From a virus, in the IMG/VR virus record IMGVR_UViG_3300009182_000002, positions 1 to 64,000 of that record: a stretch of 64,000 nt of DNA. One strand, given 5' to 3'. The notes beneath the pieces are model-generated. The model made no database searches and had not been told where the DNA came from. It saw only the letters and a list, made by a program, of their open reading frames with translations. Within the stretch, counting starts at the first letter, position 1; each line of letters starts with the position of its first letter. Positions 1 to 10,370 of this stretch are shown in pieces. Made by a program: the position numbers and the translations under genes.

Positions 1-141
1 GTGCCGCACCGTTAGGTGCCTAGCAATAGACGTGGGCCAGCCACTCCGGTACGCGGAGCGGCGGAGGCGGGAGGTCAGCCTGCGGGCGGTCTGCTCGCTG
101 GCCTGCACCAGTGCCTGCTCGTACTTCGTGGTATCGATCAC
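1..141 (-). CDS. phage structural-module protein, partial (runs off window start)
   Basis: GTG overlapping the upstream stop (GTGA) opens MIDTTKYEQALVQASEQTARRLTSRLRRSAYRSGWPTSIARHLTVRH, open to position 1; absent from the ORF track. Confidence 0.6.
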   Translation of the reverse strand, partial: MIDTTKYEQALVQASEQTARRLTSRLRRSAYRSGWPTSIARHLTVRH

Positions 142-320
142 TTGCCCTTAGCCTTGGATACGAGGGAACCCAAGGCGTAACCAGCCATCGAGGCGATGAT
201 CGGAACGAGGACATTACCCTTGTTGTCAGGTCGGTAGGAGTTGAAAATCTCTCCATAGAACAACCGACTGTCAGCAGAGGACTCAGTCTTCTCGTTGCGC
301 TCGTACCACGAACTACTCAT
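138..320 (-). CDS. small hypothetical protein with C-terminal hydrophobic helix
   Basis: 60 aa ORF with AAGGAG RBS, downstream of the promoter at 394-428. Confidence 0.6.
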   Translation of the reverse strand: MSSSWYERNEKTESSADSRLFYGEIFNSYRPDNKGNVLVPIIASMAGYALGSLVSKAKGK

Positions 321-393
321 AGCAAGGCTCCTTGCGGAGTGCAGGTCGGCCTTTCGGCCTAGGCAGGTTCCCCTTGGGAGGGGCGTCGATTCC

Positions 394-428
394 AGAGTAG
401 GAGCGGTATTGCGCTGCGTCCGTGTAAA
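394..428 (-). promoter_or_regulatory. putative late promoter (TTTACACGGAC-N18-TACTCT)
   Basis: one of 12 copies of a GAC-N18/19-NANNNT motif upstream of minus-strand genes. Confidence 0.55.
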
Positions 429-430
429 AA

Positions 431-1702
431 TCAGTACTTGATGATGTAGTTGACGACTACGTACGGCGGCAGGTTAGAGAAGGCAGAGCCTGATCCAGTC
501 GAGTCCGAAGTACTGGTTCCCGTGTAACTAATGGCGGGGATGGTGTGGGTGTGGCTGGACACCCCACCCGTGTTCATCTGGGCGTCGAACCTTCCGGTGC
601 TCGTGCTTCCCGCTTTCAGGTTGGCGATAGTCCCGGAAGTGGTCGCGTCCGCCAGAGAGAACGTCGGAGAGTGGTTGTGCGCTCCGTCTGAGCCGGTGAC
701 AGACCCAGACCCGTGAGTGTGGGTAAGAGAGACGCCGTGAGTGTGCGCTGGCAACTCGGTGGTTGTTAGGGTTGACGTGGCCGTACCGCCGCCGCTGTTT
801 CGGAGCGACGTAGCGCCAAAGTTGGTGTCTCCTGACTTGTACCCGAAAGGAACTCTGGTCCTCAGGTCAGGAACGTTGAACGTCGTGGATGCGTCACCGC
901 TGCCGTACTTCGTGCCCACAATGGCGTATAGCGCCGAGTAGGTCGTCCGGTTGATAGCAGACCCGTCGCACAGGAGCCATCCGTTAGGTGCTGTGTCCCC
1001 TCCGTAGGGGGAGATCATACCTACTGGCGTGGTGGCGTAGGTGACTGTGCCAGCATCAACGCGGGTGCTCAAAGTGGTTGTGCTGCTGGAGGTGACCGTG
1101 AGGTTACCGGTGACGCTCACGTCTGTTCCTACGTACAGCGACCCGGAAAGGCCTACGCCTCCGGTGACAACGAGAGAGCCCGACGTAGACGATGTAGACG
1201 CGGTGCCTGAAGTAAGGCTGGTGACCCCGGCAACGCTTAGCGCACCACCAAGGGCAACCGCCCCAGTGGACCGGGTGATTCGGACGACCGCACCCAAAGT
1301 GCTGCCCGAGATGATCCCCGTGCCGGTACGGGGCGAACCTGCGTCGTAGGCCCGGATCTCAAAGTCAGACCCGACCGCGCCGGACTCGGCTGTGGCGTTA
1401 GCCGTGAGCGTCCACCGGGCTGAGCCTGAGGTCGCAAGCGTGAAGTTGCGGTCGGTGCTGGCCCCTCCGTTGGCGGTGGCGGCAGATGCGGTGACGTTGG
1501 CCTCGATGGCGCTCAGCCGCGCACCCACGTTGGAGTAGGTGCTTCGGGGGTTCGTGCCTAGTTCCGTCTCGATCTTGTTGATCGCGTCGTTGACGTTGGC
1601 ATGCTGAGTGGCGTGCTTCAACCCAGTGGTGGCAGAGCCAAGAATGTCCGACCCAGTTGGGTTGCTGAACGAGTCAATGCCGGACGGGTAACTTGAGGCC
1701 AT
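431..1702 (-). CDS. tail fibre protein with phage tail-collar domain
   Basis: collar motif TPVGMISPYGGDTAPNGWLLCDGSAINRTTYSALYAIVGTKYG..TTFNVPDLR, HTH/HSH repeats, C-terminal NLPPYVVVNYIIKY. Confidence 0.9.
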   Translation of the reverse strand: MASSYPSGIDSFSNPTGSDILGSATTGLKHATQHANVNDAINKIETELGTNPRSTYSNVGARLSAIEANVTASAATANGGASTDRNFTLATSGSARWTLTANATAESGAVGSDFEIRAYDAGSPRTGTGIISGSTLGAVVRITRSTGAVALGGALSVAGVTSLTSGTASTSSTSGSLVVTGGVGLSGSLYVGTDVSVTGNLTVTSSSTTTLSTRVDAGTVTYATTPVGMISPYGGDTAPNGWLLCDGSAINRTTYSALYAIVGTKYGSGDASTTFNVPDLRTRVPFGYKSGDTNFGATSLRNSGGGTATSTLTTTELPAHTHGVSLTHTHGSGSVTGSDGAHNHSPTFSLADATTSGTIANLKAGSTSTGRFDAQMNTGGVSSHTHTIPAISYTGTSTSDSTGSGSAFSNLPPYVVVNYIIKY

Positions 1703-1880
1703 GTGGGCTTCTCCTAGAAATCAACGGCTAACAACGAGGTTACGGATCAGCGGCCCCGGTGTCTGGACAAGCCGAAGGCCCCGGCAGGGGGCGTTCCGCC
1801 GGGGCCTTCGTGGTGCCACTGAAACTGAAGGAAGCAGACTCAGCATACTTGATATGACACCTGTCAAGCAATTGGGTATG

Positions 1881-2573
1881 TCATTCAGCAAAGGCGTTGT
1901 ACTGGTCATCGTTGACGAGTTCATCCGGCATGACCTGATTGAGATCAATCGTTAGAACGGTGTACGAGGTCAGGACCTGACCTCGGAGGTACAGGCGGGT
2001 TGGGCTGAACACTGAGCCCCGATACAGAACCCGGTCCCGGATGTGAGCATCAGGATGCTTAACAAGCGTTGGCAACGCCCGGTTGACGTCGTCCATGCTC
2101 ACCGTAAGACGAAGCACATCGGTGTTGTAGAAGCCTCGCTCGTTCTGCACCGTCTGGCCTTGGAAGACCTGAGCCACGATCACCGGAAGTTGGAACGGTT
2201 TCTTCCAGCGCCTTCCGATGTTGGCGGAGCCGACGCTGTAGATGTCGTCCACCTCGGTGGTCTCGGCATCCCACAATGACCACTGGACCTGCATGCCGAC
2301 ACGGCGCTGAAGGTCGTCGCGCATTCCACGGAAGATTCCGTCCAACTCGAACTCGGTGGTGAACCGTCCCTGAGGCTGACCGACATGACCGTTGACGAAT
2401 ACCCGTGACGGGGTCACAACATTCGTTGCTAAGAATGGCTGAGCAGCAGTAACTGCCACGATGGAGTTACTCACCGTGACGGACGATGCGAAGGCCCGAG
2501 ACGCGGTGCTCGTCTTGCGAGCGGTCAACCCCGCTGTCACTGCATCGGTGATGCTTCTAGTCACTGCCGTCAT
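1881..2573 (-). CDS. putative neck/head-closure protein
   Basis: 230 aa ORF in the structural operon, leaderless start; N-terminus carries repeats like those of the 1638 aa protein. Confidence 0.55.
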   Translation of the reverse strand: MTAVTRSITDAVTAGLTARKTSTASRAFASSVTVSNSIVAVTAAQPFLATNVVTPSRVFVNGHVGQPQGRFTTEFELDGIFRGMRDDLQRRVGMQVQWSLWDAETTEVDDIYSVGSANIGRRWKKPFQLPVIVAQVFQGQTVQNERGFYNTDVLRLTVSMDDVNRALPTLVKHPDAHIRDRVLYRGSVFSPTRLYLRGQVLTSYTVLTIDLNQVMPDELVNDDQYNAFAE

Positions 2574-2603
2574 AGATTCAGTATCCCGGTATCACTAGAA
2601 GTT

Positions 2604-3446
2604 TCAGGCCCGAACCCACGCTGAGCCGTTCCAGATCTTCACCGTGTTCTTAGCGAAGGACGAGCCGTTGTACACCTTTCCGTATTGCGGCTGAGATCCT
2701 CCGGTATCGTTGGCTACATTTACGCTGCGCCAGTTAGTCCCGTCGTACATAACCCCGGCGTTCTGCATATCAATCAGCGCCGCCCTCTGGGCGATCTCAG
2801 TGGATGTCAACAAACGGTTGTATAGGGCCACATGCGAAACGTAGTCCCGGTAGGAAAGACCCCCGTACGATCCGTCATCGCCTACGGAAAAGGTGCTGGC
2901 GTCCATGTCTCCGCGACGGTAGACACCGCCAACGGCAACGAGCACACCGTCAACGTAGAGAGATGACGTTCCACCACTCGCCCTACTCGTCACGGCTACG
3001 TGGTGGTTTAGACCGTCAGTGACAATGAACGAGTCGATGGATTGGTAGGTGTTGTTGATGTCCCACGTTTGAAACCTGACTAGGCCGTTGACGTCACTTG
3101 CGGAGTGGGTGTTGGGCTCTATGCAGATGTTCCACGCCCAGAGGTACCCGCTTCCGCCAACGATTCCGTGAGCGTAAGGGCTTCCGAAGAAGTTGTACGC
3201 AGACTCATCGGTATTGATGACCATCTCCACCGACATCGCTGAGGTGTAGGGGATGGAGGAGTTGTACAGCGTTCCTCGCATTGAGGTCTGCCAGTGACCG
3301 CCAGCAACGTTGTGCCGGGGCAGCGTGATGCCTGCTCCCGGCGACAGCCCGGAAGTGAAGTAGTCGAAGTTGGCAGCGCTGTTACACAGCGCGTATTTGT
3401 GTGGGCTGGCAGAGGAGATAGCGTTTCCGAGGTGGTTGGCGCTCAT
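2604..3446 (-). CDS. LamG/concanavalin A-like domain virion protein
   Basis: true start MSANHLG at a TGATG overlap; LamG motifs HHVAVT..LYVDG and VALYNRLLTSTEI. Confidence 0.8.
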   Translation of the reverse strand: MSANHLGNAISSASPHKYALCNSAANFDYFTSGLSPGAGITLPRHNVAGGHWQTSMRGTLYNSSIPYTSAMSVEMVINTDESAYNFFGSPYAHGIVGGSGYLWAWNICIEPNTHSASDVNGLVRFQTWDINNTYQSIDSFIVTDGLNHHVAVTSRASGGTSSLYVDGVLVAVGGVYRRGDMDASTFSVGDDGSYGGLSYRDYVSHVALYNRLLTSTEIAQRAALIDMQNAGVMYDGTNWRSVNVANDTGGSQPQYGKVYNGSSFAKNTVKIWNGSAWVRA

Positions 3447-4597
3447 CAGGCTGCCTCGTAGGTGACCACGAAGTTGAAATGGTCGCCGTTGGCCCAAGTT
3501 CCGGGGGCGGTCGCGGTGATGCTGTTGAAGCCGATGTACCCCGGAGCCGCCGACAAATAATCGCCGCTCATCGCCCACGTCGTCGTGGACGGAAGCCACC
3601 CGGTTGCGAGGCGAGCCCCTCCTCCGGACAGCAGGAAAACGACGTGCGGGAAATAGTAGGAGCCTCCCGCCTTGGCGGTTACCGGGAGAGTCAGGGTTGG
3701 AGAACCAGACTGCGCTCCAGCGACGTTGAACTTGCACCGCCAGACGACTGTCTTCCCAATTTGGACGTAGTACGAGTCGAAGGTTCCGGCCCCCTGTGAC
3801 CATCCGGTCATCGTTGGAGTGAAAGACGTCCACGCATCCGAGGTGTCCAGCCAGATGTCGCCCGTGGTCGGGGACGAAGGTGCGGTGGAGGACACGGTCA
3901 CGCTGGGAACGTTGACGCCTCCTCGCGTCAGTGTCCCAGAGACGGCGAGATTCACGGCGGTAGCCGAACCAGTCAACGCGGGGCTTGCTAGAGGGGCTTT
4001 CAGCGCCAAGTCTGCAACCAGACTGGTGACGTCGCTCTCAGCGTGTGAGTGCGTGGATGCTGCACGGGTGGTGTCCGTCGGATGGACGTGGTCCTGACGG
4101 CTGGGGATTGCCGAGACTCCTGTCGCGGCGGTTCCGTTGATAAGCGGAGTGGACGTGGAAAGTAGCGACCCAGCCAGACCCGATGCCGAGACGGTGGATG
4201 TAGCAGTCAACGTTCCGGTGACGGATACGTTGCCGGTGAATGCAGCGCCAGACAGGCTCGCCTTGTTAGTTGACAAGGAGTTGACGCTGGAGGTTAGTGA
4301 CGTGACGTTCGATTGCAACGCGGCGATATCGCTTACCAACGAAGTGACATCAGATTCCGGGTGCGTGTGCGCTGAAGATGCCACGCTGGGCATGTAGACC
4401 GGGAACGAGATGTCGCCGCCCTCGAAAGTTGCCCATACTGGGCTTCCTACATTGGGCACTGTTCCTATTCCAACGGGGTACGCCCAACCGGTGGTTCCGT
4501 CCCCGAGAATCTGCGGGATCTTCAATCGCACTCGGGACAGGCCCTTGGGGTCGGCGTTGTCAACGACGACGGCTCGGTAGTTCGCTGAATAGTTCAT
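3446..4597 (-). CDS. gp5/Vgr OB-fold (baseplate spike-like) protein with fibre-like extension
   Basis: YRAVVVDNADPKGLSRVRLKIPQILG..WAYP..PNVGSPVWATFEGGDISFPVY, followed by HTH..SDVTSLV repeats. Confidence 0.8.
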   Translation of the reverse strand: MNYSANYRAVVVDNADPKGLSRVRLKIPQILGDGTTGWAYPVGIGTVPNVGSPVWATFEGGDISFPVYMPSVASSAHTHPESDVTSLVSDIAALQSNVTSLTSSVNSLSTNKASLSGAAFTGNVSVTGTLTATSTVSASGLAGSLLSTSTPLINGTAATGVSAIPSRQDHVHPTDTTRAASTHSHAESDVTSLVADLALKAPLASPALTGSATAVNLAVSGTLTRGGVNVPSVTVSSTAPSSPTTGDIWLDTSDAWTSFTPTMTGWSQGAGTFDSYYVQIGKTVVWRCKFNVAGAQSGSPTLTLPVTAKAGGSYYFPHVVFLLSGGGARLATGWLPSTTTWAMSGDYLSAAPGYIGFNSITATAPGTWANGDHFNFVVTYEAA

Positions 4598-4606
4598 CTC
4601 ATGCTC

Positions 4607-7600
4607 CTAGACCGGGATTCCCCAGCCGACGAAAGGTCGTCGGTAGACCCCCGCCACAACATCAGCGAGTTGCGTGACATCGGCACCTGTCCTCAAGTAC
4701 CTAGCAGATACAACAAGTGCCTCCGATACGGTCAGGCTATCCGCAGGGTTTCGTGGACGACTACCCAAACGTCCACCAATGTCGGACAGTGTGAGCGCAT
4801 CAGTGAGCCCGCGAGTTTTGGCAGACTTCGCTGAGGCTGAATCTGAAGACGTGGCGCTGTCGTTGACGAGCCTTATCATCGAGCGCGTACATGTGGCCGA
4901 ATCTGACGCTGTAACGGCGTCAATTGCTGCTCTCAAGAAACCACGGCTTCTAGCAACGGTGTCGCTAGAAGTAAGCGAGTCGCTGGCGGTACGTGCCCTC
5001 GTCATCGTGACTGTGATGACATCGCTCGTTGTGAAGATGTCAGCGGCGAAACTAGTGACGCCTCTGCTGCGCGAGATCGAGTCGGACGCGGTCTGAAGGT
5101 CCGTGGCGGTTCTTGAGAAGGAAGACTTTCGTGCAACTGACTCACTAGACGTTAGTGACTCGGCAACTGCGCGGCTTTGCGAGCGCGGTGACGTAAGTAC
5201 ATCTGAAGATGCAAGCACATCAGTAGCACTACGAACTCTAGTGTTCTGCTGAGTTAGAGCGTCAGATGCAGTTAGAGAGTCAGTCGCTGAGCGAGGCCGA
5301 CCGATGTTCGGGGTTCCGAGTGCATCGGATGCAGTGATCGAGTCTGAAACTGCGCGGCTGAGTGCTGATACAGCCGTGATCGGCAACGCCACAGTTGACT
5401 GACGTGTACCCGCTGCTGACTTGTTGATCGTAACTGTTTGGCCGGTAGCAGCCGTAAAAGTAGTCGCAGCCGTGGACGTGACCACCGAACAGTCTATGTC
5501 AAGAACAGTAGATCCGTCACCGATCACAACCGCACGGTAGACACGACCGCCGAGCGCATTGGCGCTACCGTCGGTCGCTCCAAAGTACGCGGTCCTCGTA
5601 TTCGTGATAAGTGGGAATGCGGCGAGGGTGTGCGTGGAGATGGTGGTCCACGTCGCACCATCTGGGCTCTTGTAGAAGGTGATGACACCAGACGCAGCAA
5701 TGCGCGTCACACGGAACCAGTACGGGGTTCCGCTGGGTACGTTGTGGGACGAACTCTGCTGTTCCACATAGGTCGTAGCGCCTGAGCCGAATACTGCATA
5801 GAGGGCGTTGTTAGTATTTCCCGTTGACAGAATCCAACCGCGTGCGCTTGCGTTCTGCTTGGCCGCGAGGCCAATGTATGTTCGTGTGCTCGTCTCAATA
5901 GACGCATAGACGCGAATATCAATATCGCCTGTGATATCGAGTGCTGACGAGTTCGGAACAGACAGTGAGTTGCCGTTTACCGGCGGGATATATACCGAAG
6001 CACGATTCTCGGAATCCAGACTTGCGGTAGCGTCCGTCGCAGGTCTACTCAGTGTTTGTGATCTAGAGAGACTGTCAGATGTAGTGAGCGAATCAGAAAC
6101 ATCACGGTTCTGGACGCGAGGACTGGTCAGGACATCAGATGATGCAAGTGTGTCCGATGCAGCCCTAGCCTTGGTGGTAACAGCGCTGCCAGAATCACTA
6201 GCACTAAAAACGTCGGTGATGTTGCGGCTAAGAGCGAGGTTGCTCTTTCCAACGCTCCCAGTGACAGCATCTGAAATAGTAAGAGAATCTGATGGGCTAC
6301 GAACTCGCCCAGCAACAACAGCACCTACTGTAGGAGCAATGAGTAAGGCAACGCTAAGCGCGTTTTGTCCACCGCTGGTTGTGAATGCGGTAGTTCCTGT
6401 CGAGCCAGTATTTACTATCTTGTAGCCAGTGCGTAGCCGAGTTCCATCGGAATATTGGTAGTTGATTGATGCGTCAGCGGGGCCAGCGGTAAGAGATCCG
6501 TACGAGGTAAAGGAACCGCTGGTCATCGCCGCAATTCCGATGAGCAGACATCCATCTTTTGGTACAGAGACGGAATTGATTGGCACAGAGGTGGCCGTGC
6601 CTCGTATCCAACTGACCGAGTTCAGGTCGTTGTCGTAGCCAGCATGTGAGATGGGGTTGATGCTACTAGCAGATCCTACAGGGACGATAGAACCGTAGTC
6701 GCCTCCTGAAATGACTACAGCCTGTAAGGCAAATTGGACATCGTCACTGGCTACGAAGTTATATGATGCACCAGAAGTCCATTGGACCGGATAGATACTT
6801 AGGGCAATGTCTCCGATGTAGGAAACGCCAGTGACGTAACTTGTTCCGGCGGAGGAAAAAAGATTGCTTGTTGACTGAATGTAATGATCAATAATTGCAT
6901 AGTAAGGATTCGGACCAACATTTGAGGTGCTGCTATCCCCTGTGATGTCGTGTGACTGAGCGCCGATAAACAGCACCGTGTCACCCGCAGCAGGAGCCGA
7001 ACCGACCCACGATGACGACGATGAAATCGTAACACCAGCAGAACCGTAACCAGTCCAAGAGAAAGTACCCTTGACTACTGGAAGTGTTGTAGTGCCAGTT
7101 CCGGGTGATGCTGCGGTTGTCGTCTCACTAAATGTGATGCTGTCCGAGATAGATTTTGGTCGTCCAACACTTCTAGAAATACTGTCTGCTGTTGTCAGTG
7201 CATCAGCGATGCTTCGTGCAGATGTCCTATTACGAGATATTGCGTCAGAAGTAGTAGTTGAATCTGCAAGTGCTCGTGACTTAGAAGATGATTGAATTAA
7301 CGCATCAGAGAGTGAGACTGAGTCGGTTACTGATCTGGAAAAACCGGGAACAGTTGCCGAATTGATCGTCGGCCAGTACTGCTGCTGGTTGGGCCTGTTC
7401 TGCGGACTCTCGAATCGCGTAGTAACGGTGCTATCAGTAAGTCCGCGTGTTTCAAACTCCGCAAACGACATATAGCAATAGATCGTTGCTCTTGCGTTGA
7501 GCGCTGCCACCATCGCCGCAGTTGCGTTGGCCGTGGTCTGGCTGTATGCCGTGATACCTGTGAAGGTGGCGGCGAGTGGGAGAGCGGCCATCTGCTCTGG

Positions 7601-9523
7601 GGTCTGCCAATCCGAAGTCTCAAGAGTTGGACCCCAAGAGCCGATTCTCAGATAGGTAGTTGGTAGATTGCTGTCCTGCGTAAACAAGGAGATTGTCGCA
7701 GAGGTGACGATCAGCCCATCCGGCAGCGTACTTGCATCAAACGCAAGTACCCCGATATTGACGTATCGGGCGGGGTCGTAATCAGCGGAAGGGGTATATG
7801 CTTTACCAACCTGAAACGGAACAGCGGTGTAAACCGAACTGGCAGGCGAGTATGTCCAATCGGTTGTTTCATTTGCCCCAGCAGTCATGCCTCCGACCAA
7901 AGTCGGGTAGAGAGCCAGCGGCGCGCGTACAACACTTCGAGTAATAGAATCACTAGAAGCAACGCTGTCCGAGATAAGTCTCGGTTGTCCAACACTTCGA
8001 GTAATAGAATCACTAGAAGCGGCGCTGTCAGAGATATTGCGGGATAAAGCAGACGTGAGGTAAGCCGCATGGGCAGCAATTCTTGTACTAGAAAGAGCAG
8101 TACTGTACCAAGCAACTTCATCAATTACGCCGTTAAAAAACTGATAAATACTTGCGTTAGAACCAACGCTAAAACCTTGAGTACCACCAAGTTGCATAGT
8201 GCCGGTGCGTGTCGCGCTTTGATCTAACACTCCGTTTATGTAAAGTCGCGTTGTTGTGCCGTCATGCGTTGCTGCCAGATGATATTTCTGTCCTACAACA
8301 AGGGTACTAACGCTTGTCGTTGTCCACAAAGCACCCGTGCTGTCCCAGAGGATGACTTCAAACTTGCCCGCGTTGATGCGGAACTGGAACACACGGTTTG
8401 GGTTGGACGTGGAATTGTCGCGGTCAAGGATCGAATAGACTCCGCTAACCGCGTTGGGTTTAACAATTGCCTCAAGCGTGATGAGGCTTGTTGCCATCCA
8501 TGATGCATAAGCAAGATCAACCCGCTGCGACGACGCAGTAGCAAACGTCATTGCCGTGTCGCTATCGTTAGACAACAATCCGGTGGTGCCGAGCGTTGGG
8601 CTGTTAACGGTTGTTCCGTTGCGACTGTTGCCAGAATAGTCGGTAACCGTCGTACCTGATGTTGTGTTCATTCGCCAATAAAGAATTGGCGAGGATGCAA
8701 GAACAGAATCAGCGTAATTAGTGGCAGGAGCGGGGTTTACATAAATCGTTTGGATTGCGTAGTAGCCTAGCGCCCCGCCGGTTGGACAACTAACTGTGAC
8801 TGATCGCGTCGAGGTGGCTGAAATGCCCGAGATGTGTTCAACCGATACCACGCCGCCAATGCACCCGTTACCACTGGCACTAGCACCACTTGCACGGTTG
8901 TAAACCGTCAGGCCGCTTGTCGCGTTAGTGAACGTGGCGTTGTTACCACCGCCGTTGTCTGTTGACGCCATAAACATGTTGATGGCGAGTCCTTCAACAA
9001 CCGAGGGACTGAATGTGACGGTCGTGTATGTCGCCGGATAACTGCCGGTGAATCCAGTAGTTTGTGAAACGTAGACGTTTCCCGTGGCTAGTTGAAACGG
9101 GTTAGTCGTGTCGGCACCAGAAATGATCATTGCGCCGATTGTTTGACCCAAATTGTACCCAGACTGAGCACCGGACACTGTGGTGTTAGTTTCTGCGCCC
9201 GTTGCGGCTTTCCAGAATAAAACCGCATTGGCTCCATTAGTTGAGCCAAAAGCATCCATCATTGGCACAAGTCCGGCGCTGGTAAAACCAGAGGGCGCAG
9301 TCAGGAATGTGCCATCACAAATCTGAAAAACCCAGATTAGAAGCAGATCACCGGCGGAGGGGGTCACACCATTCGTGAACCCAGACGACCACGGGATCGT
9401 ATAAGAGGCTTGCAGCGAAGAAGTTTGCTGCCACGAGCCTTTAAGGTTCGCGCCTTTTCTAGCAAGAGTCGCGACACTTCGTACAATCGCCGGATTTGGA
9501 TAACCGCGCCCTAGCCTGCTCAC
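4607..9523 (-). CDS. large fibre/adhesin-like virion protein with LamG domains and ~20 aa Ser/Thr/Asp repeats
   Basis: 1638 aa; LamG motifs (YWRMN, YHLAATHDG, FNGVIDEVAWY); three blocks of R-x-x-x-D-S-x-T-x-S-D repeats. Confidence 0.8.
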   Translation of the reverse strand: MSRLGRGYPNPAIVRSVATLARKGANLKGSWQQTSSLQASYTIPWSSGFTNGVTPSAGDLLLIWVFQICDGTFLTAPSGFTSAGLVPMMDAFGSTNGANAVLFWKAATGAETNTTVSGAQSGYNLGQTIGAMIISGADTTNPFQLATGNVYVSQTTGFTGSYPATYTTVTFSPSVVEGLAINMFMASTDNGGGNNATFTNATSGLTVYNRASGASASGNGCIGGVVSVEHISGISATSTRSVTVSCPTGGALGYYAIQTIYVNPAPATNYADSVLASSPILYWRMNTTSGTTVTDYSGNSRNGTTVNSPTLGTTGLLSNDSDTAMTFATASSQRVDLAYASWMATSLITLEAIVKPNAVSGVYSILDRDNSTSNPNRVFQFRINAGKFEVILWDSTGALWTTTSVSTLVVGQKYHLAATHDGTTTRLYINGVLDQSATRTGTMQLGGTQGFSVGSNASIYQFFNGVIDEVAWYSTALSSTRIAAHAAYLTSALSRNISDSAASSDSITRSVGQPRLISDSVASSDSITRSVVRAPLALYPTLVGGMTAGANETTDWTYSPASSVYTAVPFQVGKAYTPSADYDPARYVNIGVLAFDASTLPDGLIVTSATISLFTQDSNLPTTYLRIGSWGPTLETSDWQTPEQMAALPLAATFTGITAYSQTTANATAAMVAALNARATIYCYMSFAEFETRGLTDSTVTTRFESPQNRPNQQQYWPTINSATVPGFSRSVTDSVSLSDALIQSSSKSRALADSTTTSDAISRNRTSARSIADALTTADSISRSVGRPKSISDSITFSETTTAASPGTGTTTLPVVKGTFSWTGYGSAGVTISSSSSWVGSAPAAGDTVLFIGAQSHDITGDSSTSNVGPNPYYAIIDHYIQSTSNLFSSAGTSYVTGVSYIGDIALSIYPVQWTSGASYNFVASDDVQFALQAVVISGGDYGSIVPVGSASSINPISHAGYDNDLNSVSWIRGTATSVPINSVSVPKDGCLLIGIAAMTSGSFTSYGSLTAGPADASINYQYSDGTRLRTGYKIVNTGSTGTTAFTTSGGQNALSVALLIAPTVGAVVAGRVRSPSDSLTISDAVTGSVGKSNLALSRNITDVFSASDSGSAVTTKARAASDTLASSDVLTSPRVQNRDVSDSLTTSDSLSRSQTLSRPATDATASLDSENRASVYIPPVNGNSLSVPNSSALDITGDIDIRVYASIETSTRTYIGLAAKQNASARGWILSTGNTNNALYAVFGSGATTYVEQQSSSHNVPSGTPYWFRVTRIAASGVITFYKSPDGATWTTISTHTLAAFPLITNTRTAYFGATDGSANALGGRVYRAVVIGDGSTVLDIDCSVVTSTAATTFTAATGQTVTINKSAAGTRQSTVALPITAVSALSRAVSDSITASDALGTPNIGRPRSATDSLTASDALTQQNTRVRSATDVLASSDVLTSPRSQSRAVAESLTSSESVARKSSFSRTATDLQTASDSISRSRGVTSFAADIFTTSDVITVTMTRARTASDSLTSSDTVARSRGFLRAAIDAVTASDSATCTRSMIRLVNDSATSSDSASAKSAKTRGLTDALTLSDIGGRLGSRPRNPADSLTVSEALVVSARYLRTGADVTQLADVVAGVYRRPFVGWGIPV
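7930..8035. repeat. 60-bp tandem repeat within the large fibre gene
   Basis: caacacttcgagtaatagaatcactagaagc is identical at 7930-7960 and 7990-8020. Confidence 0.9.
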
Positions 9524-10344
9524 CAGCGACTCGCTTGAGTAACGCCACTAGCAGGAAGTGGCTGAGCGATAGGAGCGTACGGAGTACGGGCTGGACGGAC
9601 ATCTGCGGGCAAGGTTGCTATGACCCCGAAAGTCAACGCCAGCCCATTGCCGGGATTTGTCGCAGAGTATGCAACTGAGTAGTTCATAGAAACAACAGGA
9701 ATCTGTGTCGTAGTACCAAGCGTTGCTGATGTGGCGTACGCGACCATGTAACCCGCGTAATTGTACGAAAAATTATTGGCGTAGGACTGAGCAATAGTGA
9801 ACGGAGATGAAGCCGATATAGTTTCTGCGCGAGTGTTACCCGCTTGGTAGAAACACACTGCTACGGCCAGATCGTTCGTACTAGCCAGATAGCCCGAGGT
9901 TGGAACCGTAATGGATGCCTTATCTGCGTTCAGAGTGATGTTGTCTTTGCCAGCGAACCCATAGATCGGGTTGGTGGTTGCGGCTCCAGTAAACGCTAGC
10001 GTGGTCAGAATGACCCGCTCACCGCCGGAGTCGCTGGACCCCGGAGTGAAAGTAAAAACGGGAAGGTCTGTGGCTGTATTGTCGGATACTCGGTAAAACA
10101 CCTGTGTGGGGGCTGTCGCTGAGCCAAAGTCTGGGTCGGTGTAGTTAGCCCCATTCATAATGGGGCCAGCAGTCCATCCGGTAGGAGTGTTAAAGGTTCC
10201 GCTGTATACAGTTGCTGAGGACGGAGACATGGCTGTGACAACGGCTACAAGTAGATCACCTGACACAGACCCAGCGGGCCGTGTGACTGTAGCCCCTATG
10301 TTCGCAGGAGTGACAAGCGTCGATGATCGATACGCGACAGCCAC
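9520..10344 (-). CDS. virion structural protein (beta-rich, GDLL motif)
   Basis: 274 aa, T/S/A-rich; PAGSVSGDLLVAVV resembles the N-terminal domain of the 1638 aa protein. Confidence 0.65.
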   Translation of the reverse strand: MAVAYRSSTLVTPANIGATVTRPAGSVSGDLLVAVVTAMSPSSATVYSGTFNTPTGWTAGPIMNGANYTDPDFGSATAPTQVFYRVSDNTATDLPVFTFTPGSSDSGGERVILTTLAFTGAATTNPIYGFAGKDNITLNADKASITVPTSGYLASTNDLAVAVCFYQAGNTRAETISASSPFTIAQSYANNFSYNYAGYMVAYATSATLGTTTQIPVVSMNYSVAYSATNPGNGLALTFGVIATLPADVRPARTPYAPIAQPLPASGVTQASRW

Positions 10345-10370
10345 TTCCCCACCTCCTTACTAGGTAGGGA

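Noticed and set aside
4607-9523. Diversity-generating retroelement target in the fibre gene
   Set aside because: No reverse transcriptase and no template/variable repeat pair differing only at adenines
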